Shown piece by piece: positions 39,401 to 49,559 of a stretch of DNA of 64,000 nt; the stretch's first letter is position 1; every line of letters starts with the position of its first letter. This DNA is from an uncultured Spirochaetota bacterium (lineage in GTDB: Bacteria; Spirochaetota; Brevinematia; Brevinematales; JAOACQ01): assembly GCA_963768055.1 (NCBI GenBank), contig CAVYGN010000001.1, forward strand, positions 1,344,001-1,408,000. The letters are read 5' to 3'. The position numbers and the translations under genes were made by a program. Under the pieces are notes generated by a model, which saw only the letters and a program-made list of their open reading frames with translations, did no database searches and was not told the DNA's origin.

Positions 39401-39484
39401 AAATTACCTCCAATGTTGTATATAAATATATAATAAGTTCCTTTAATATTTAAAATTAAAAAATAAATCGTTTTTAATATTTTA

Positions 39485-39529
39485 TGGATTTCACAGAATA
39501 TATCAGTGTAATCTGTGTCATCTGTGGTT
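39485..39529. repeat. Right member of the inverted-repeat pair (CACAGAT-type)
   Basis: ATCAGTGTAATCTGTGTCATCTGTGGTT, inverted relative to 27986-28013. Confidence 0.65.
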
Positions 39530-39536
39530 ACAACAC

Positions 39537-39995
39537 CTACATTACAAGGTCTATGATAAGCCCTTTAATGCCGTTAATAAGTTTAAGGTAGGAAAGCCTG
39601 TTCTTCTCGTTTGAAAGGATCATCCGGGCCAGGTCCGAAAGCTTTTCATCGATAGATTCAACCGTTTTATAGAGATTCTGTTTTGTAAAACCTTTTCTTG
39701 AAACAGTTTCACGAACTTCAAGGTTTTCCATTAGAGCCGAGATAAAAGATTTAATATGCTTTTTATAAACATTAAAATTTTCAGGCGTGGGATTTCGAGA
39801 CAAATTCTCACCGAATTCCGAAATGAGTTCGGCCATTTTCCTGAAATCGTCGAAACCGGTATAATCGAATTCAGCCTCGATTTCTTCGCCTGATGAGAGT
39901 TTAAGGCTGTCGGAAAACCCCTCATCCTGTTTGACAACTGAAGAGTCTTTTTTCAGGGAATGCCTGGCCGGAGTATGCCCCGATTCTATCCTCAC
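39537..39995 (-). CDS. YaaR / DUF327 family protein
   Basis: I...GENL..NPT..N...YK..IKSF; IDEKL..L; IKGLIIDL. Confidence 0.75.
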   Translation of the reverse strand: MRIESGHTPARHSLKKDSSVVKQDEGFSDSLKLSSGEEIEAEFDYTGFDDFRKMAELISEFGENLSRNPTPENFNVYKKHIKSFISALMENLEVRETVSRKGFTKQNLYKTVESIDEKLSDLARMILSNEKNRLSYLKLINGIKGLIIDLVM

Positions 39996-40372
39996 GGGTT
40001 AACCTCACCCTGGTTCCGGATTGTCACCGAACTTGAATCTGTTTCCCATAGCCTGATTTCATACAGCTCGTAATTTTCGCCGTGCAGAGGGTTTTCAAGG
40101 GTTTTCCAGATCCAGCCCGCGATGTTTTCAGCGGTCGAAAGCTTTACAGTATCGTTTAAAAATGAATGATCGAGCTTATCTATCACCAGTTCCATGACCC
40201 TCGCTTTAAGAAAACCGAAATCCATCAGCATTCCTGTTTCCGTATCAGACTGGCCTGACAAAGTAACGAGAAGCCTGTAAGAATGGCCATGGAGCTTTTC
40301 GCATTTTCCCCTGTAATTGATGAGGTTATGCGCTGCGTCGAATTTGAACTCCTGGGATAAAAAAAGCTTCAT
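39992..40372 (-). CDS. queD: 6-carboxytetrahydropterin synthase
   Basis: FDAAH, CEKLHGHSY, LDHSFLN, STAENIA and LWET; start uncertain. Confidence 0.9.
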   Translation of the reverse strand: MKLFLSQEFKFDAAHNLINYRGKCEKLHGHSYRLLVTLSGQSDTETGMLMDFGFLKARVMELVIDKLDHSFLNDTVKLSTAENIAGWIWKTLENPLHGENYELYEIRLWETDSSSVTIRNQGEVNP

Positions 40373-40552
40373 AAAAATATGATAATTGCTGTATTTCATT
40401 TTGTCAAAAAGGAAGTGTCATAACAAAAACCGAAAAGTATTTGACTGCAAATTTCGAAAATTTTCTTCCCGGTTCTACAATCACCTAAACTAAAATCGAT
40501 CTAATTGCTAAAAACAGGTTTTCAAAATATAATATTCGCCTCAGAGGCGAAA

Positions 40553-43500
40553 ATGTCGGAATTCATCCACCTCCACAACCACTCCCATTATAGTATCCTT
40601 GACGGAATATCAAAAGTCAAAGAGCTTGTTGCAAAGACTGCTGAGTTCCGCCAGACGGCCGTGGCATTGACCGATCACGGAAACATGTTCGGCGTAATGG
40701 AATTTAATAAAGAATGCATGGACCGGGGCGTTCAGCCGGTTTTCGGGGCCGAGCTTTATATAGCACCCAAAAGCAGGTTTGAAAAAATTAAGGATGAAAA
40801 ATATTATCATATCATCCTTCTGGCGCATGATTACGAAGGGTACAAAAACCTGATCTGTCTGACATCCCTGGGCTACCTCGAGGGGTTTTATTCAAAACCG
40901 AGGATCGACAGGGAACTCCTGCTTGAGCATAGCAAGGGCCTTGTTGTCCTTACCGCATGTTTAAGCGGAGAAATTCCGCGCCTTATCCTTGGCGGAAGGG
41001 AAAAAGAGATTTATGAAACGATCGATTGGTATCTGGACCTTTTCGGAAAAGAAAATTTTTATCTTGAAGTGCAGAATCATAACATGCCGGAAGAAATTAC
41101 CGTAACAAAAAAAATGATTGAAATTTCAGAAAAAACCGGCATCGGACTGGCCGCAACCAACGATTCGCACTATATCGGACGGGACGATTCAAAGCTCCAG
41201 GAAATCGCTTTCGCTATCCGCGACAAAAAAACCCTGAAAGATGAAAGCCGCTATAGATTTCCCAATAATGAATTTTACTATAAATCACCCGATGAAATGC
41301 AAGCCCTGTTTGGAGACATTCCTGAAGCGGTAAAAAACACCAAAAAAATCGCCGAGATGTGCTCTTTCAAACTGGAATTCACAAAACACCTTCCTGTGTA
41401 TTCCCTGCCTCGCGGTGAAACAGTCGAGGGCGCCCTCGAAAGGTTAAGCAGAGAGGGCCTGAATAAGCGTTTTAAAAATTCGGTGCCTCCACCTTATTCC
41501 GAAAGATTCGAAATGGAACTTGACCTGATTAAAAAAATGGGATTTTCAAATTATTTCCTCATTGTTTCAGATTTTGTAAGGTTCGCGAAGGACAAAGGGG
41601 TCCTCGTGGGCCCGGGCAGGGGATCGGCAGCCGGTTCTCTGATATCTTACTCCCTGTCTATTACCGATGTCGATCCAATTAAATATGATCTTTTGTTCGA
41701 ACGTTTTCTCAATCCCGAACGCATCTCGATGCCCGATATAGACGTTGATTTTCAGGACGACAGGAGGGACGAGGTCAAGGAATATATAAGAACAAAATAC
41801 GGTTATGACAAAACGGCCGATATTATAACATTCGGATTTCTTAAATCCCGGGCGTCATTAAAAGACGTCGGCAGAGTAATGGAAATACCCCTTGAAAAAG
41901 TCAACAAATTAACGAAGCTCATTGATAATAAAACGGCTAATGAACCGCTCATCGGAGTAATCGGTAAAATTCCCGAATTGAAAAAAATCCTTCAAGATGG
42001 TAATCCGGAGGAGAAAAAATGGATCGAATTTTCATCAAAGCTTGACGGAACAATAAGGAATATTGGAACTCATGCGTCAGGGCTGATCATATCCGATACA
42101 CCTCTGACAGAAATTGTTCCTTTATATAAAGATAAGTCGAGCGGCCTGATTTCGACCCAGTATGAAGGCGATTACCTTGAAAAGAACGGCCTTTTAAAAA
42201 TGGATATCCTCGGGTTGTCTAACCTCACGATGGTTAGGGACACATTATCCAGAATAAAAAAAAACCATAATATTAAGGTAGATCTTTCAGTAATTCCCCT
42301 GGATGACGGTGATGTCTTTAAGCTTTTCCAGCGAGGGGAAACCATGGGTATTTTTCAATTTGAATCGGCCGGTATGACGGATTACATGAAAAAGCTCAAA
42401 CCGAGTTCAATTGACGACCTTATTGCAATGAATGCACTTTACCGTCCCGGCCCAATGGATAATATTCCTTCATTCATTGCAAGAAAACAAGGGATTGAGG
42501 AGATCGATTGTTTTCATCAACGCCTCGAACCGATCCTCAAAAGTACGTACGGCGTCATTGTTTACCAGGAACAGGTTATGCAGATAGCCCAGGTACTTGC
42601 CGGTTTTTCATTAGCAAAAGCCGACTGGGTCAGAAAGATCATGGCAAAAAAAGAAATAAGCGAAATTGATAAATTAAGGCCGGAATGGATCGAAGGTTCT
42701 CTAAAAAATGGATTTTCAAAGGAACTTGCCGAGAGGCTATTCGAAACACTAATCCCCTTCTCTAAATACGCATTCAATAAATCGCATGCGGCCGCTTACG
42801 CAATTCTAGCCTATCAGATAGCCTACCTGAAGGCGCATTACAAACTGGAATTCATCGCATCTCTTTTGACGCAGAATATGACCAGTTCGGATAATATCAG
42901 GCAATATTCCCAGGAGGCATCCGCCGGCGGAATAAAAATCCTTGCGCCGGATATCAATAAAAGCTTCTGGGATTTCAGGGAGTCTGAAAGGGAGGGAGAA
43001 AAGGCAATAATATTCGGCCTTGGTGCCATCAAGGGTCTGGGGGACGGTATTTCACACGCGATTATTGATGAAAGGGAAATAGGCGGGGATTTTACTTCAT
43101 TTGATGACTTTATAAGCAGAACTATCAGGTATGATGAATTTAAAAAATCAGCCGTTGAAATACTTATAAAGGCCGGATTTTTCGACTGTTTTTACCGCCC
43201 TGAAAAAAACCTCCTCGAAAAAGCTGTTCTTCTCCACAACCTGGATTCCTATATCCAGCAGGTAGAAAAAAACCTGAAGGATAAAAAGGAGGGCAGGCTC
43301 AATCTCTTCGGAGATGCACGTAGCGTGGGACATATCGAAACCCAAAGCAATGTTGAACCCCTGACTCTTAAAGATGACTTCGACAACGAGGTCTCGCTCT
43401 TCGGCTTTTACCTTAGCGGCAAACTGTTTCAATACCACAAAATACAATACGGCACAATATCCCACTGTTCCGCGGACCTGGTTTCAAGGCTTAAACCCGG

Positions 43501-44011
43501 AACCTATTTCCTCCTTTGCGGTTTCATTAATGACCTTGTTATAAAGACGGGAAACAACAACAAAAGTTATGCAATCTTCACCCTTGATAACGGAATAGGC
43601 AATTTTAAAATATATCTTTTTTCAGAAAAATACATCATGTTTAAAGATTTCCTTATCCGGCACAACTTCATAATGATGAAATGCACTGTCGCAGAAGGCA
43701 AGGGCGGGAACATTCTGGAAGTATCGGGCATCAAGCCCATAGAATCGCTTCCCCAGGAAAGATTCACGGAGCTCCATATCTGTCTCGAAAGTATGGATAA
43801 CAAAGATAATACCGGCCAATCCCTCCTTTCTTTAAAAAAAATCGCGGAAGATCCTGCCTCACAGGGTATGATAAGGATAATATTCCATATAGTCGGCGAC
43901 AAAGAACGCGAGGTGATCCATGCTTCGGACAGATTCAGGGTTAAATATTCAAACGCTCTCATGAGGGAAATCGCCGGTTTGCCGGGCATGCTCGGCTACT
44001 GGCTTTATTAA
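40553..44011 (+). CDS. dnaE: DNA polymerase III alpha subunit
   Basis: FIHLHNHSHYSILDG, GPGRGSAAGS, MPDIDVDF and YAFNKSHAAAY. Confidence 0.97.
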   Translation: MSEFIHLHNHSHYSILDGISKVKELVAKTAEFRQTAVALTDHGNMFGVMEFNKECMDRGVQPVFGAELYIAPKSRFEKIKDEKYYHIILLAHDYEGYKNLICLTSLGYLEGFYSKPRIDRELLLEHSKGLVVLTACLSGEIPRLILGGREKEIYETIDWYLDLFGKENFYLEVQNHNMPEEITVTKKMIEISEKTGIGLAATNDSHYIGRDDSKLQEIAFAIRDKKTLKDESRYRFPNNEFYYKSPDEMQALFGDIPEAVKNTKKIAEMCSFKLEFTKHLPVYSLPRGETVEGALERLSREGLNKRFKNSVPPPYSERFEMELDLIKKMGFSNYFLIVSDFVRFAKDKGVLVGPGRGSAAGSLISYSLSITDVDPIKYDLLFERFLNPERISMPDIDVDFQDDRRDEVKEYIRTKYGYDKTADIITFGFLKSRASLKDVGRVMEIPLEKVNKLTKLIDNKTANEPLIGVIGKIPELKKILQDGNPEEKKWIEFSSKLDGTIRNIGTHASGLIISDTPLTEIVPLYKDKSSGLISTQYEGDYLEKNGLLKMDILGLSNLTMVRDTLSRIKKNHNIKVDLSVIPLDDGDVFKLFQRGETMGIFQFESAGMTDYMKKLKPSSIDDLIAMNALYRPGPMDNIPSFIARKQGIEEIDCFHQRLEPILKSTYGVIVYQEQVMQIAQVLAGFSLAKADWVRKIMAKKEISEIDKLRPEWIEGSLKNGFSKELAERLFETLIPFSKYAFNKSHAAAYAILAYQIAYLKAHYKLEFIASLLTQNMTSSDNIRQYSQEASAGGIKILAPDINKSFWDFRESEREGEKAIIFGLGAIKGLGDGISHAIIDEREIGGDFTSFDDFISRTIRYDEFKKSAVEILIKAGFFDCFYRPEKNLLEKAVLLHNLDSYIQQVEKNLKDKKEGRLNLFGDARSVGHIETQSNVEPLTLKDDFDNEVSLFGFYLSGKLFQYHKIQYGTISHCSADLVSRLKPGTYFLLCGFINDLVIKTGNNNKSYAIFTLDNGIGNFKIYLFSEKYIMFKDFLIRHNFIMMKCTVAEGKGGNILEVSGIKPIESLPQERFTELHICLESMDNKDNTGQSLLSLKKIAEDPASQGMIRIIFHIVGDKEREVIHASDRFRVKYSNALMREIAGLPGMLGYWLY

Positions 44012-44067
44012 AAAAAACAGAAGGGTGGAAATAAAGTTTATAGAAAACCCGCAATAACAGCGCTTAG

Positions 44068-44097
44068 TTGACAATTATTTAATATTTTAGGTATAAT
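44068..44097 (+). promoter_or_regulatory. sigma70-type promoter of the SDR gene
   Basis: TTGACA-N18-TATAAT. Confidence 0.6.
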
Positions 44098-44155
44098 ATC
44101 ATCGGTTATTCCTGTCGTATAAAAAACATTAAAAAAACAATAAGGAGAATTTTTT

Positions 44156-45025
44156 ATGTCTAAAAAACAGGAGAAGTCGTTTTTTTCAGGTAAGAAAGTT
44201 GTTATTACAGGCGGATCGAGCGGAATAGGACTGGCCGCAGCTAAAAGGTTTGCTCAATCTGGAGCCGATATCTGGCTTATTGCCCGGGATCAGAAAAAGC
44301 TTGAAAAAGCCAAATCAGACCTTGATTCATTCAAGTCATCCATGAGTCAAAAAATTGGAATTTCGTCAGCCGACGTTTCAGATGAAAAATCTGCGCTAAA
44401 GGCTTATAAAGAAGCAAAGGATGCTTTAGGAATTCCCGATATTATTATCAACTCTGCCGGTATATCCCGCCCTGGATATTTCCAGGAACTTACCGCCAAT
44501 TTGTTCCGCAGCCAGATGGATATCAACTTCTTCGGCACACTCAATATAATATTGGCCGCAATAAATGATTTTATAAAACGCGGGTCCGGGCATATAGTCA
44601 ATATTTCCTCAATAGCAGGTTATATCGGCGTTTTCGGATATACGGCTTACGGGGCAACCAAATATGCCGTAAGAGGATTCACCGATACTCTCAAGGCGGA
44701 GATGAAGCCGCATGGCATAAAAGTCAGCATCGTTTTTCCGCCCGATACAGATACTCCTCAGCTTGCTTACGAAGATCAGTTCAAGCCTTATGAAACAAAA
44801 GTAATAAATGGTACCGCCGGGCTTACTTCTCCAGACAGGGTCGCCGGAGATATAGTAAAAGGCATTATGAAAAACCGTTATATGATATTTACAGGTTTCG
44901 ACGGGAAATTCTTATTCTGGCTTAGCGGAAAACTGGGCAAACTGCTTTACCCGATGATGGATATGATGGTAAAAGACGCTATAAATAAAAAAAATAAGGC
45001 TGAGGCTAAAAAAGTAAAGGCCTAG
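44156..45025 (+). CDS. SDR oxidoreductase, 3-ketodihydrosphingosine reductase (KDSR)-like
   Basis: ITGGSSGIG, YGATK and PPDTDTP. Confidence 0.8.
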   Translation: MSKKQEKSFFSGKKVVITGGSSGIGLAAAKRFAQSGADIWLIARDQKKLEKAKSDLDSFKSSMSQKIGISSADVSDEKSALKAYKEAKDALGIPDIIINSAGISRPGYFQELTANLFRSQMDINFFGTLNIILAAINDFIKRGSGHIVNISSIAGYIGVFGYTAYGATKYAVRGFTDTLKAEMKPHGIKVSIVFPPDTDTPQLAYEDQFKPYETKVINGTAGLTSPDRVAGDIVKGIMKNRYMIFTGFDGKFLFWLSGKLGKLLYPMMDMMVKDAINKKNKAEAKKVKA

Positions 45026-45027
45026 AA

Positions 45028-46041
45028 CTAGAAAAGGTTTAATTCTCCATCTTTCACAGGATATCCCATATGTTCGTATGATATATTCGACGCCATTCTT
45101 CCTCGGGGTCCCCTGTTGATAAATCCCTGCTGGATGAGATAAGGTTCATATACGTCTTCGATAGTATCGACCTCTTCGCTTACAGCGGCGGCGATCGCTG
45201 AAACGCCTACCGGCCCGCCCTTGTAATTTTCTATAATGACTTTGAGGATCTTTCTGTCCATGGCGTCAAGACCCCTTCCATCGACTTCGAGCTTTTTCAG
45301 CGCAAAATCGGCAAACTCAATGTCTATAATATCCCGGCCTTTAACAAGGGCGAAATCACTTACCCTTTTCAATAACCTGTTGGCTATTCTGGGAGTTCCC
45401 CTTGCTCTTTTAGCGATCTCGCTTATACCCTCGGGGTTGATCTTTATCTCAAGAAGATTAGAACTCCTGGAAAGTATCTTTTTTAAACTCTCAGGATCGT
45501 AATAATCAAGTCTTTCAATTATTCCGAAACGTGAACGCAAAGGCCCCGTAATAACTCCTATCCTTGTCGTAGCGCCGATAAGAGTAAAATGGGGCAGTGT
45601 AATCCTGAGGGTTCTCGCCCCGGTTCCCTCTCCGATAATTATATCAACCTTAAAGTCTTCCATCGCAGAGTAAAGGATCTCTTCGAGGATCTTTTTCAAA
45701 CGATGGATTTCATCGATGAACAGTATATCCCCTTCCTCAAGATTGGTCAGGATGGCCATAAGGTCTCCCTGTTTTTCAAGCGCATTAGCCGTGGTCATCT
45801 TGATTGTCTTGCCAAGTTCATTCGAAATAATTTTTGCCAGGGTCGTTTTTCCCAGGCCCGGAGGACCGTAAAGAATAGTATGGTCAAGAGAAGTTTTCCT
45901 GATTTTTGCAGCTTCTACGAATACTTTTATATTTTCCTTAACCTTATCCTGACCGACAAAATCTTCGAAATTTCGCGGCCTTAAAGGTTCATCTATATCC
46001 CCTTTCAAAAAATCCGCTGTAGTAATTTTCTCTTCGATCAT
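45028..46041 (-). CDS. ruvB: Holliday junction branch migration helicase RuvB
   Basis: LRPRNFEDFVGQ, GPPGLGKTT, FIDEIHRL and RGTPRIANRLL; RBS GGAGG before ATG 46041. Confidence 0.97.
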   Translation of the reverse strand: MIEEKITTADFLKGDIDEPLRPRNFEDFVGQDKVKENIKVFVEAAKIRKTSLDHTILYGPPGLGKTTLAKIISNELGKTIKMTTANALEKQGDLMAILTNLEEGDILFIDEIHRLKKILEEILYSAMEDFKVDIIIGEGTGARTLRITLPHFTLIGATTRIGVITGPLRSRFGIIERLDYYDPESLKKILSRSSNLLEIKINPEGISEIAKRARGTPRIANRLLKRVSDFALVKGRDIIDIEFADFALKKLEVDGRGLDAMDRKILKVIIENYKGGPVGVSAIAAAVSEEVDTIEDVYEPYLIQQGFINRGPRGRMASNISYEHMGYPVKDGELNLF

Positions 46042-46105
46042 GAACCCTCCGGATCGATCACCTTTTTCTTCCCAACGGGTATAAACACACCATAGGACAA
46101 TGTTG

Positions 46106-46268
46106 CCTGGTGCCAGTCCCCAGAACAGGTGCATTTATACTTGCGTATAAACGCAAGCACTATTTTGCTGCCCCGGAGGGCTTGTCCCCGAAAGGGGGGC
46201 AGTTCTTAGAAGAGCCCTAAATTGTTAACGCAAAGAGCTTGTCCTAAGGGCAATATTTAGAACTGCTC
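46106..46268. repeat. Partial structured MITE-like repeat (homologue of 52754-52960) plus a mini-TIR remnant
   Basis: CCAGTCCCCAGxACAGGTGCATTTATACTTGCGTATAAACGCAAGCACTA...GGGGGGCAGTTxTTAGAAGxGCCC is shared with 52838-52960. Confidence 0.85.
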
Positions 46269-46416
46269 TTTATTATAAATGAAAACGGTTGTTTTAACAA
46301 TAAGTTTGGAGATCATTTCAATCTATTATTCCATAAAATAATTTGACTAAATCTATAATGTAAAATAAAATATTCCTTTGATAAGTAAATATTGAAACTA
46401 AGAAAGGGAGGATATA

Positions 46417-46710
46417 GTGCCTATCATCAAATCCGCTAAGAAAAGGGTCCGTCAGGAGGCTAAAAGACGGGACAGGAACAGGGCCTTGAAGACTTATATG
46501 AAAAACCTTCAAAAGAAAACCATTAATTTATTAACCTCTGCTGAAGTCAAGAAAGATGATTTAACAACCGCCTTGAATTTTTATAAATCTCAGATTGACA
46601 AAGCATGGTCAAAAGGAATTTTTAAAAAAAACAAATCTTCCCGCCTGAAATCCAGGATTGACAGATTGGTCTACAAAAAGGCGCAAACGGAAAACAAACA
46701 GGAGGCATAA
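46417..46710 (+). CDS. rpsT: 30S ribosomal protein S20
   Basis: PIIKSAKKRVRQ; IDKA..KGIFKKNKSSRLKSR. Confidence 0.93.
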   Translation: MPIIKSAKKRVRQEAKRRDRNRALKTYMKNLQKKTINLLTSAEVKKDDLTTALNFYKSQIDKAWSKGIFKKNKSSRLKSRIDRLVYKKAQTENKQEA

Positions 46711-46711
46711 A

Positions 46712-47029
46712 ATGGGTAGAAGCAAGATGACAAAATCAGATATCGTGGATACCGTTTTTGAAGATTCGGAAGTAAAAGAATATGGAATGTCCAGAAAAGA
46801 GGTAGCCGTCGTAATTGTAAAATTTATTGAAAAATTAAGGGAATCGATTGAAAATTTGAATCAAAATGATAGAATAGAACTTAGAGGCTTCGGTACTTTT
46901 GGTATTAAAAAAAGAAAGGCCCGAATAGCAAGAAATCCGAAAACCGGGGAAGAAGTTAAAGTACCCGAAAGAAAGTCCCCTTTCTTTAAAGCGGGAAGGG
47001 AAATGAAACAAACAATAATGAACAGCTGA
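46712..47029 (+). CDS. HU/IHF family DNA-binding protein
   Basis: IELRGFGTF, RKARIARNPKTGE and PFFKAG. Confidence 0.93.
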   Translation: MGRSKMTKSDIVDTVFEDSEVKEYGMSRKEVAVVIVKFIEKLRESIENLNQNDRIELRGFGTFGIKKRKARIARNPKTGEEVKVPERKSPFFKAGREMKQTIMNS

Positions 47030-47030
47030 A

Positions 47031-47066
47031 AAATAACCCCGCCCCTTAGGGCGGGGTTATTTTTTT
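47031..47066 (+). terminator. Rho-independent terminator
   Basis: AAATAACCCCGCCC-CTTA-GGGCGGGGTTATTT followed by a T run. Confidence 0.85.
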
Positions 47067-47087
47067 GAACGAAAGAAAATCACTTTA

Positions 47088-47193
47088 GGGCGCTTTTAAT
47101 CCTTCGGCCCTACAGGCACCTTCGGCCCTTCGCACCTGTCCCGGGGCAGAAACAGGTTAAAATGGGGCCATTCAAGATATATTAGAATTGCCC
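47088..47193. mobile_element. MITE-like element with GGGCRNTTYTAA TIRs
   Basis: GGGCGCTTTTAAT...ATTAGAATTGCCC flanked by TTA; inverted homologue at 48435-48538. Confidence 0.7.
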
Positions 47194-47255
47194 TTATTCA
47201 AGTGTTATAAAGAAGTTACCGATAAATATTTAAAAACAATGAGTTAAGAGATAAT

Positions 47256-48434
47256 ATGATAACCGAGGAATTGTTAAAAGAAGAAAAGGAAATAACGAAA
47301 ATAGTAGCTATCATGTGTGCGAACGGAGCCACGGGATTATTGTCAGATAGAGACAATAAATTCAACGTAAGGTTCCGTGAAATTAGAAACGGCCAGGTTG
47401 TTTTTTCAAAAATTGAATCAAACAAACCCGATCTGAATTTCGAATCATATAATATGAGGCCGCTTGAAGCGGAGATAACCCTCGGAGCAAGCGTTTACCT
47501 TTTCACTGCCGTTCCAATGGGGCCAAAAAGCATATCAATACCTGAAATTATAAAATCGCATCCTAAACGTAAAACAGTCCGCATTAAAATCAGCAGTAAT
47601 CCATTCATTCAAAATATGTACTCCCTTGTTTCGGTTAAGGTCGTAGATCCCACCATTCAGGATGAAGAACTCTCACGAAAAATACACTTGATTATGAACA
47701 CAATCGAAAGCACCCTGGTAAGATCTGAAAACTACGATATAGCTAAAATATCGCTTTTTGACGGGACCGAAAAAAGCACTATTATTAAACTGCTCAAAAA
47801 ATTTCAGAAGCCTTTTGTCGTCTTCGATACGAAGAATCTATCCCAAAAGGAAGATACAGTCCTGACTTATGAAAATTTCGTGAAAACCCTTAGTGAAGAG
47901 GGTTCAAACTTTAACGAAATTCTATCTCAACTTGACAAGATCAAGGAATTTTACCAGAAAAACCTGATTAAAAGCGAGGCGATAGTTCCCCTTGTTTTTG
48001 AAGAGGAAGTTATAGGACAGATTAAAGTTGTTTCACTTAAAGACCTGATCAGTAAGCCCAATGTGATACGTCTGAATAATCTTGCAGTAAACGCAGTCGA
48101 TAATCTTTTTACTAAATGCGCATTTGAAATCGTTTCAAAATCTCCTCAAGCGATCATAGACATGGGCATAAGCGGGGCAAAATTAATAGTTTCTGAAGCT
48201 GATTTTTACAAGTATATAAGACTGATGAAGCGGATCTATCTTCAACTATATTTTCCGGATAAAACGGTCATTAAAACAATGTCGACGATAGTCAACCTTT
48301 ATGAAGATACGTCGGAATCTTACAAACAGATCGGAGTTAAATTTTCAGCCAATATGGATTGGAAAGACAAGAATAAACTCGATGAATTCATTCAAAGCGT
48401 TATAAGGCTCCAGAACTCCGAATACATAGCTTAA
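47256..48434 (+). CDS. DUF1577-like protein with PilZ-type motifs and a GAF-like middle
   Basis: RKTVR (RxxxR) and DMGISG (D/NxSxxG-like) motifs; IGVKF C-terminus. Confidence 0.55.
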   Translation: MITEELLKEEKEITKIVAIMCANGATGLLSDRDNKFNVRFREIRNGQVVFSKIESNKPDLNFESYNMRPLEAEITLGASVYLFTAVPMGPKSISIPEIIKSHPKRKTVRIKISSNPFIQNMYSLVSVKVVDPTIQDEELSRKIHLIMNTIESTLVRSENYDIAKISLFDGTEKSTIIKLLKKFQKPFVVFDTKNLSQKEDTVLTYENFVKTLSEEGSNFNEILSQLDKIKEFYQKNLIKSEAIVPLVFEEEVIGQIKVVSLKDLISKPNVIRLNNLAVNAVDNLFTKCAFEIVSKSPQAIIDMGISGAKLIVSEADFYKYIRLMKRIYLQLYFPDKTVIKTMSTIVNLYEDTSESYKQIGVKFSANMDWKDKNKLDEFIQSVIRLQNSEYIA

Positions 48435-48538
48435 GGGCAGTTCTAATATCTCAAGAATATTGCCATTCATTATAGCATGTTTCTGCTTAACTCTATAGGG
48501 CGCTTCCTATCCGAAGAGCCGAAGGATTAGAAGCGCTC
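48435..48538. mobile_element. MITE-like element with TTAA target duplication
   Basis: TTAA|GGGCAGTTCTAAT...ATTAGAAGCGCTC|TTAA. Confidence 0.75.
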
Positions 48539-49552
48539 TTAAGGATTATCCCTTTTTCTCTTTTCTATAGCAGGCAGCTTCTGGTATTCCCATACAGCCT
48601 TATTATGTTCCTCGAGAGTTTTTGAAAAATAATGAGTTCCGTCTGGTTTAGCTACGAAATAAAGATAATCAACATCAGCCGGATATATGGCCGCTAAAAT
48701 TGATGTTTTGTCGGGGTTAGCGATGGGGCCTGGAGGCAATCCGTAATATTTATAGGTGTTATAATGGGAATCTATCCCGAAGTCGCCATAATGAATCTCA
48801 CCCTCGTATTTACCGGCAAGCATCAGTGCATATATAAGCGTGGGATCAGCCTGGAGCATCATACCTTTTTTTAACCGGTTATAATAAACACCGGAAATGA
48901 TCGGCTTTTCATATTCAAATTTTGCTTCCTTCTCAACTATAGAAGCTATGATCAGTACTTTTTTTAATGTAAGCCCTTTTTTTTTGATCTCTTCCAATAT
49001 ATTCCGGTCTATAACATGATTAAACTGCTCCAGGAATAAAGGAACTATCCTGTCGCTTCCAAACCCGATAGGAATAAAATAAGTTTCAGGGTAAATAAGA
49101 CCTTCTACTGATTTTAAACTGCCGAGGTTATATTGCATTAGATAGGCGGAATTGCTGCATTCCCTAAGAAAATCGGCTGAAGCAACCAGGTTCTTTTCAG
49201 AAAGAAGGTCGGCTATTTGAAACATATTAAAGCCTTCAGGAATGGTTATCTTGACCGAATATGTCTGTCCCTCGGTGAATTTGACTATAAGGTCGGAATA
49301 GCTTTCACCCTTTCTGATTTGGTAAATCCCGAATTTAAAATCCCTGTCATGCCTCATAAGTTTCGCGATTATCTGGAAACGGAGCGGATTTTTTATTATA
49401 TTTTCATGCTTGAGATCTTTAGCAATCTGCTGTATCGATTCACCCTTTTTTATTTCAAAAGTAGCATCATTTTGGTTTACCGTTACATCTGCGCAGGCCG
49501 CAAACAGTATCAGGACGATCAGAAATAAGACCGGGCGAAATATTTGTTTCAC
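48539..49552 (-). CDS. mltG: Endolytic transglycosylase MltG
   Basis: TIPEG, EGLIYPETY, ASIVEKE, LQADPT, YNTY..GLPPGPIANP and LYFVA. Confidence 0.95.
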   Translation of the reverse strand: MKQIFRPVLFLIVLILFAACADVTVNQNDATFEIKKGESIQQIAKDLKHENIIKNPLRFQIIAKLMRHDRDFKFGIYQIRKGESYSDLIVKFTEGQTYSVKITIPEGFNMFQIADLLSEKNLVASADFLRECSNSAYLMQYNLGSLKSVEGLIYPETYFIPIGFGSDRIVPLFLEQFNHVIDRNILEEIKKKGLTLKKVLIIASIVEKEAKFEYEKPIISGVYYNRLKKGMMLQADPTLIYALMLAGKYEGEIHYGDFGIDSHYNTYKYYGLPPGPIANPDKTSILAAIYPADVDYLYFVAKPDGTHYFSKTLEEHNKAVWEYQKLPAIEKRKRDNP

Positions 49553-49559
49553 TGCTCCT

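Noticed and set aside
27986..39529. Integron with attC cassettes
   Set aside because: The integrase has an arm-binding N-terminus and no recognisable IntI insertion. No series of attC-like sites lies between the cargo genes.
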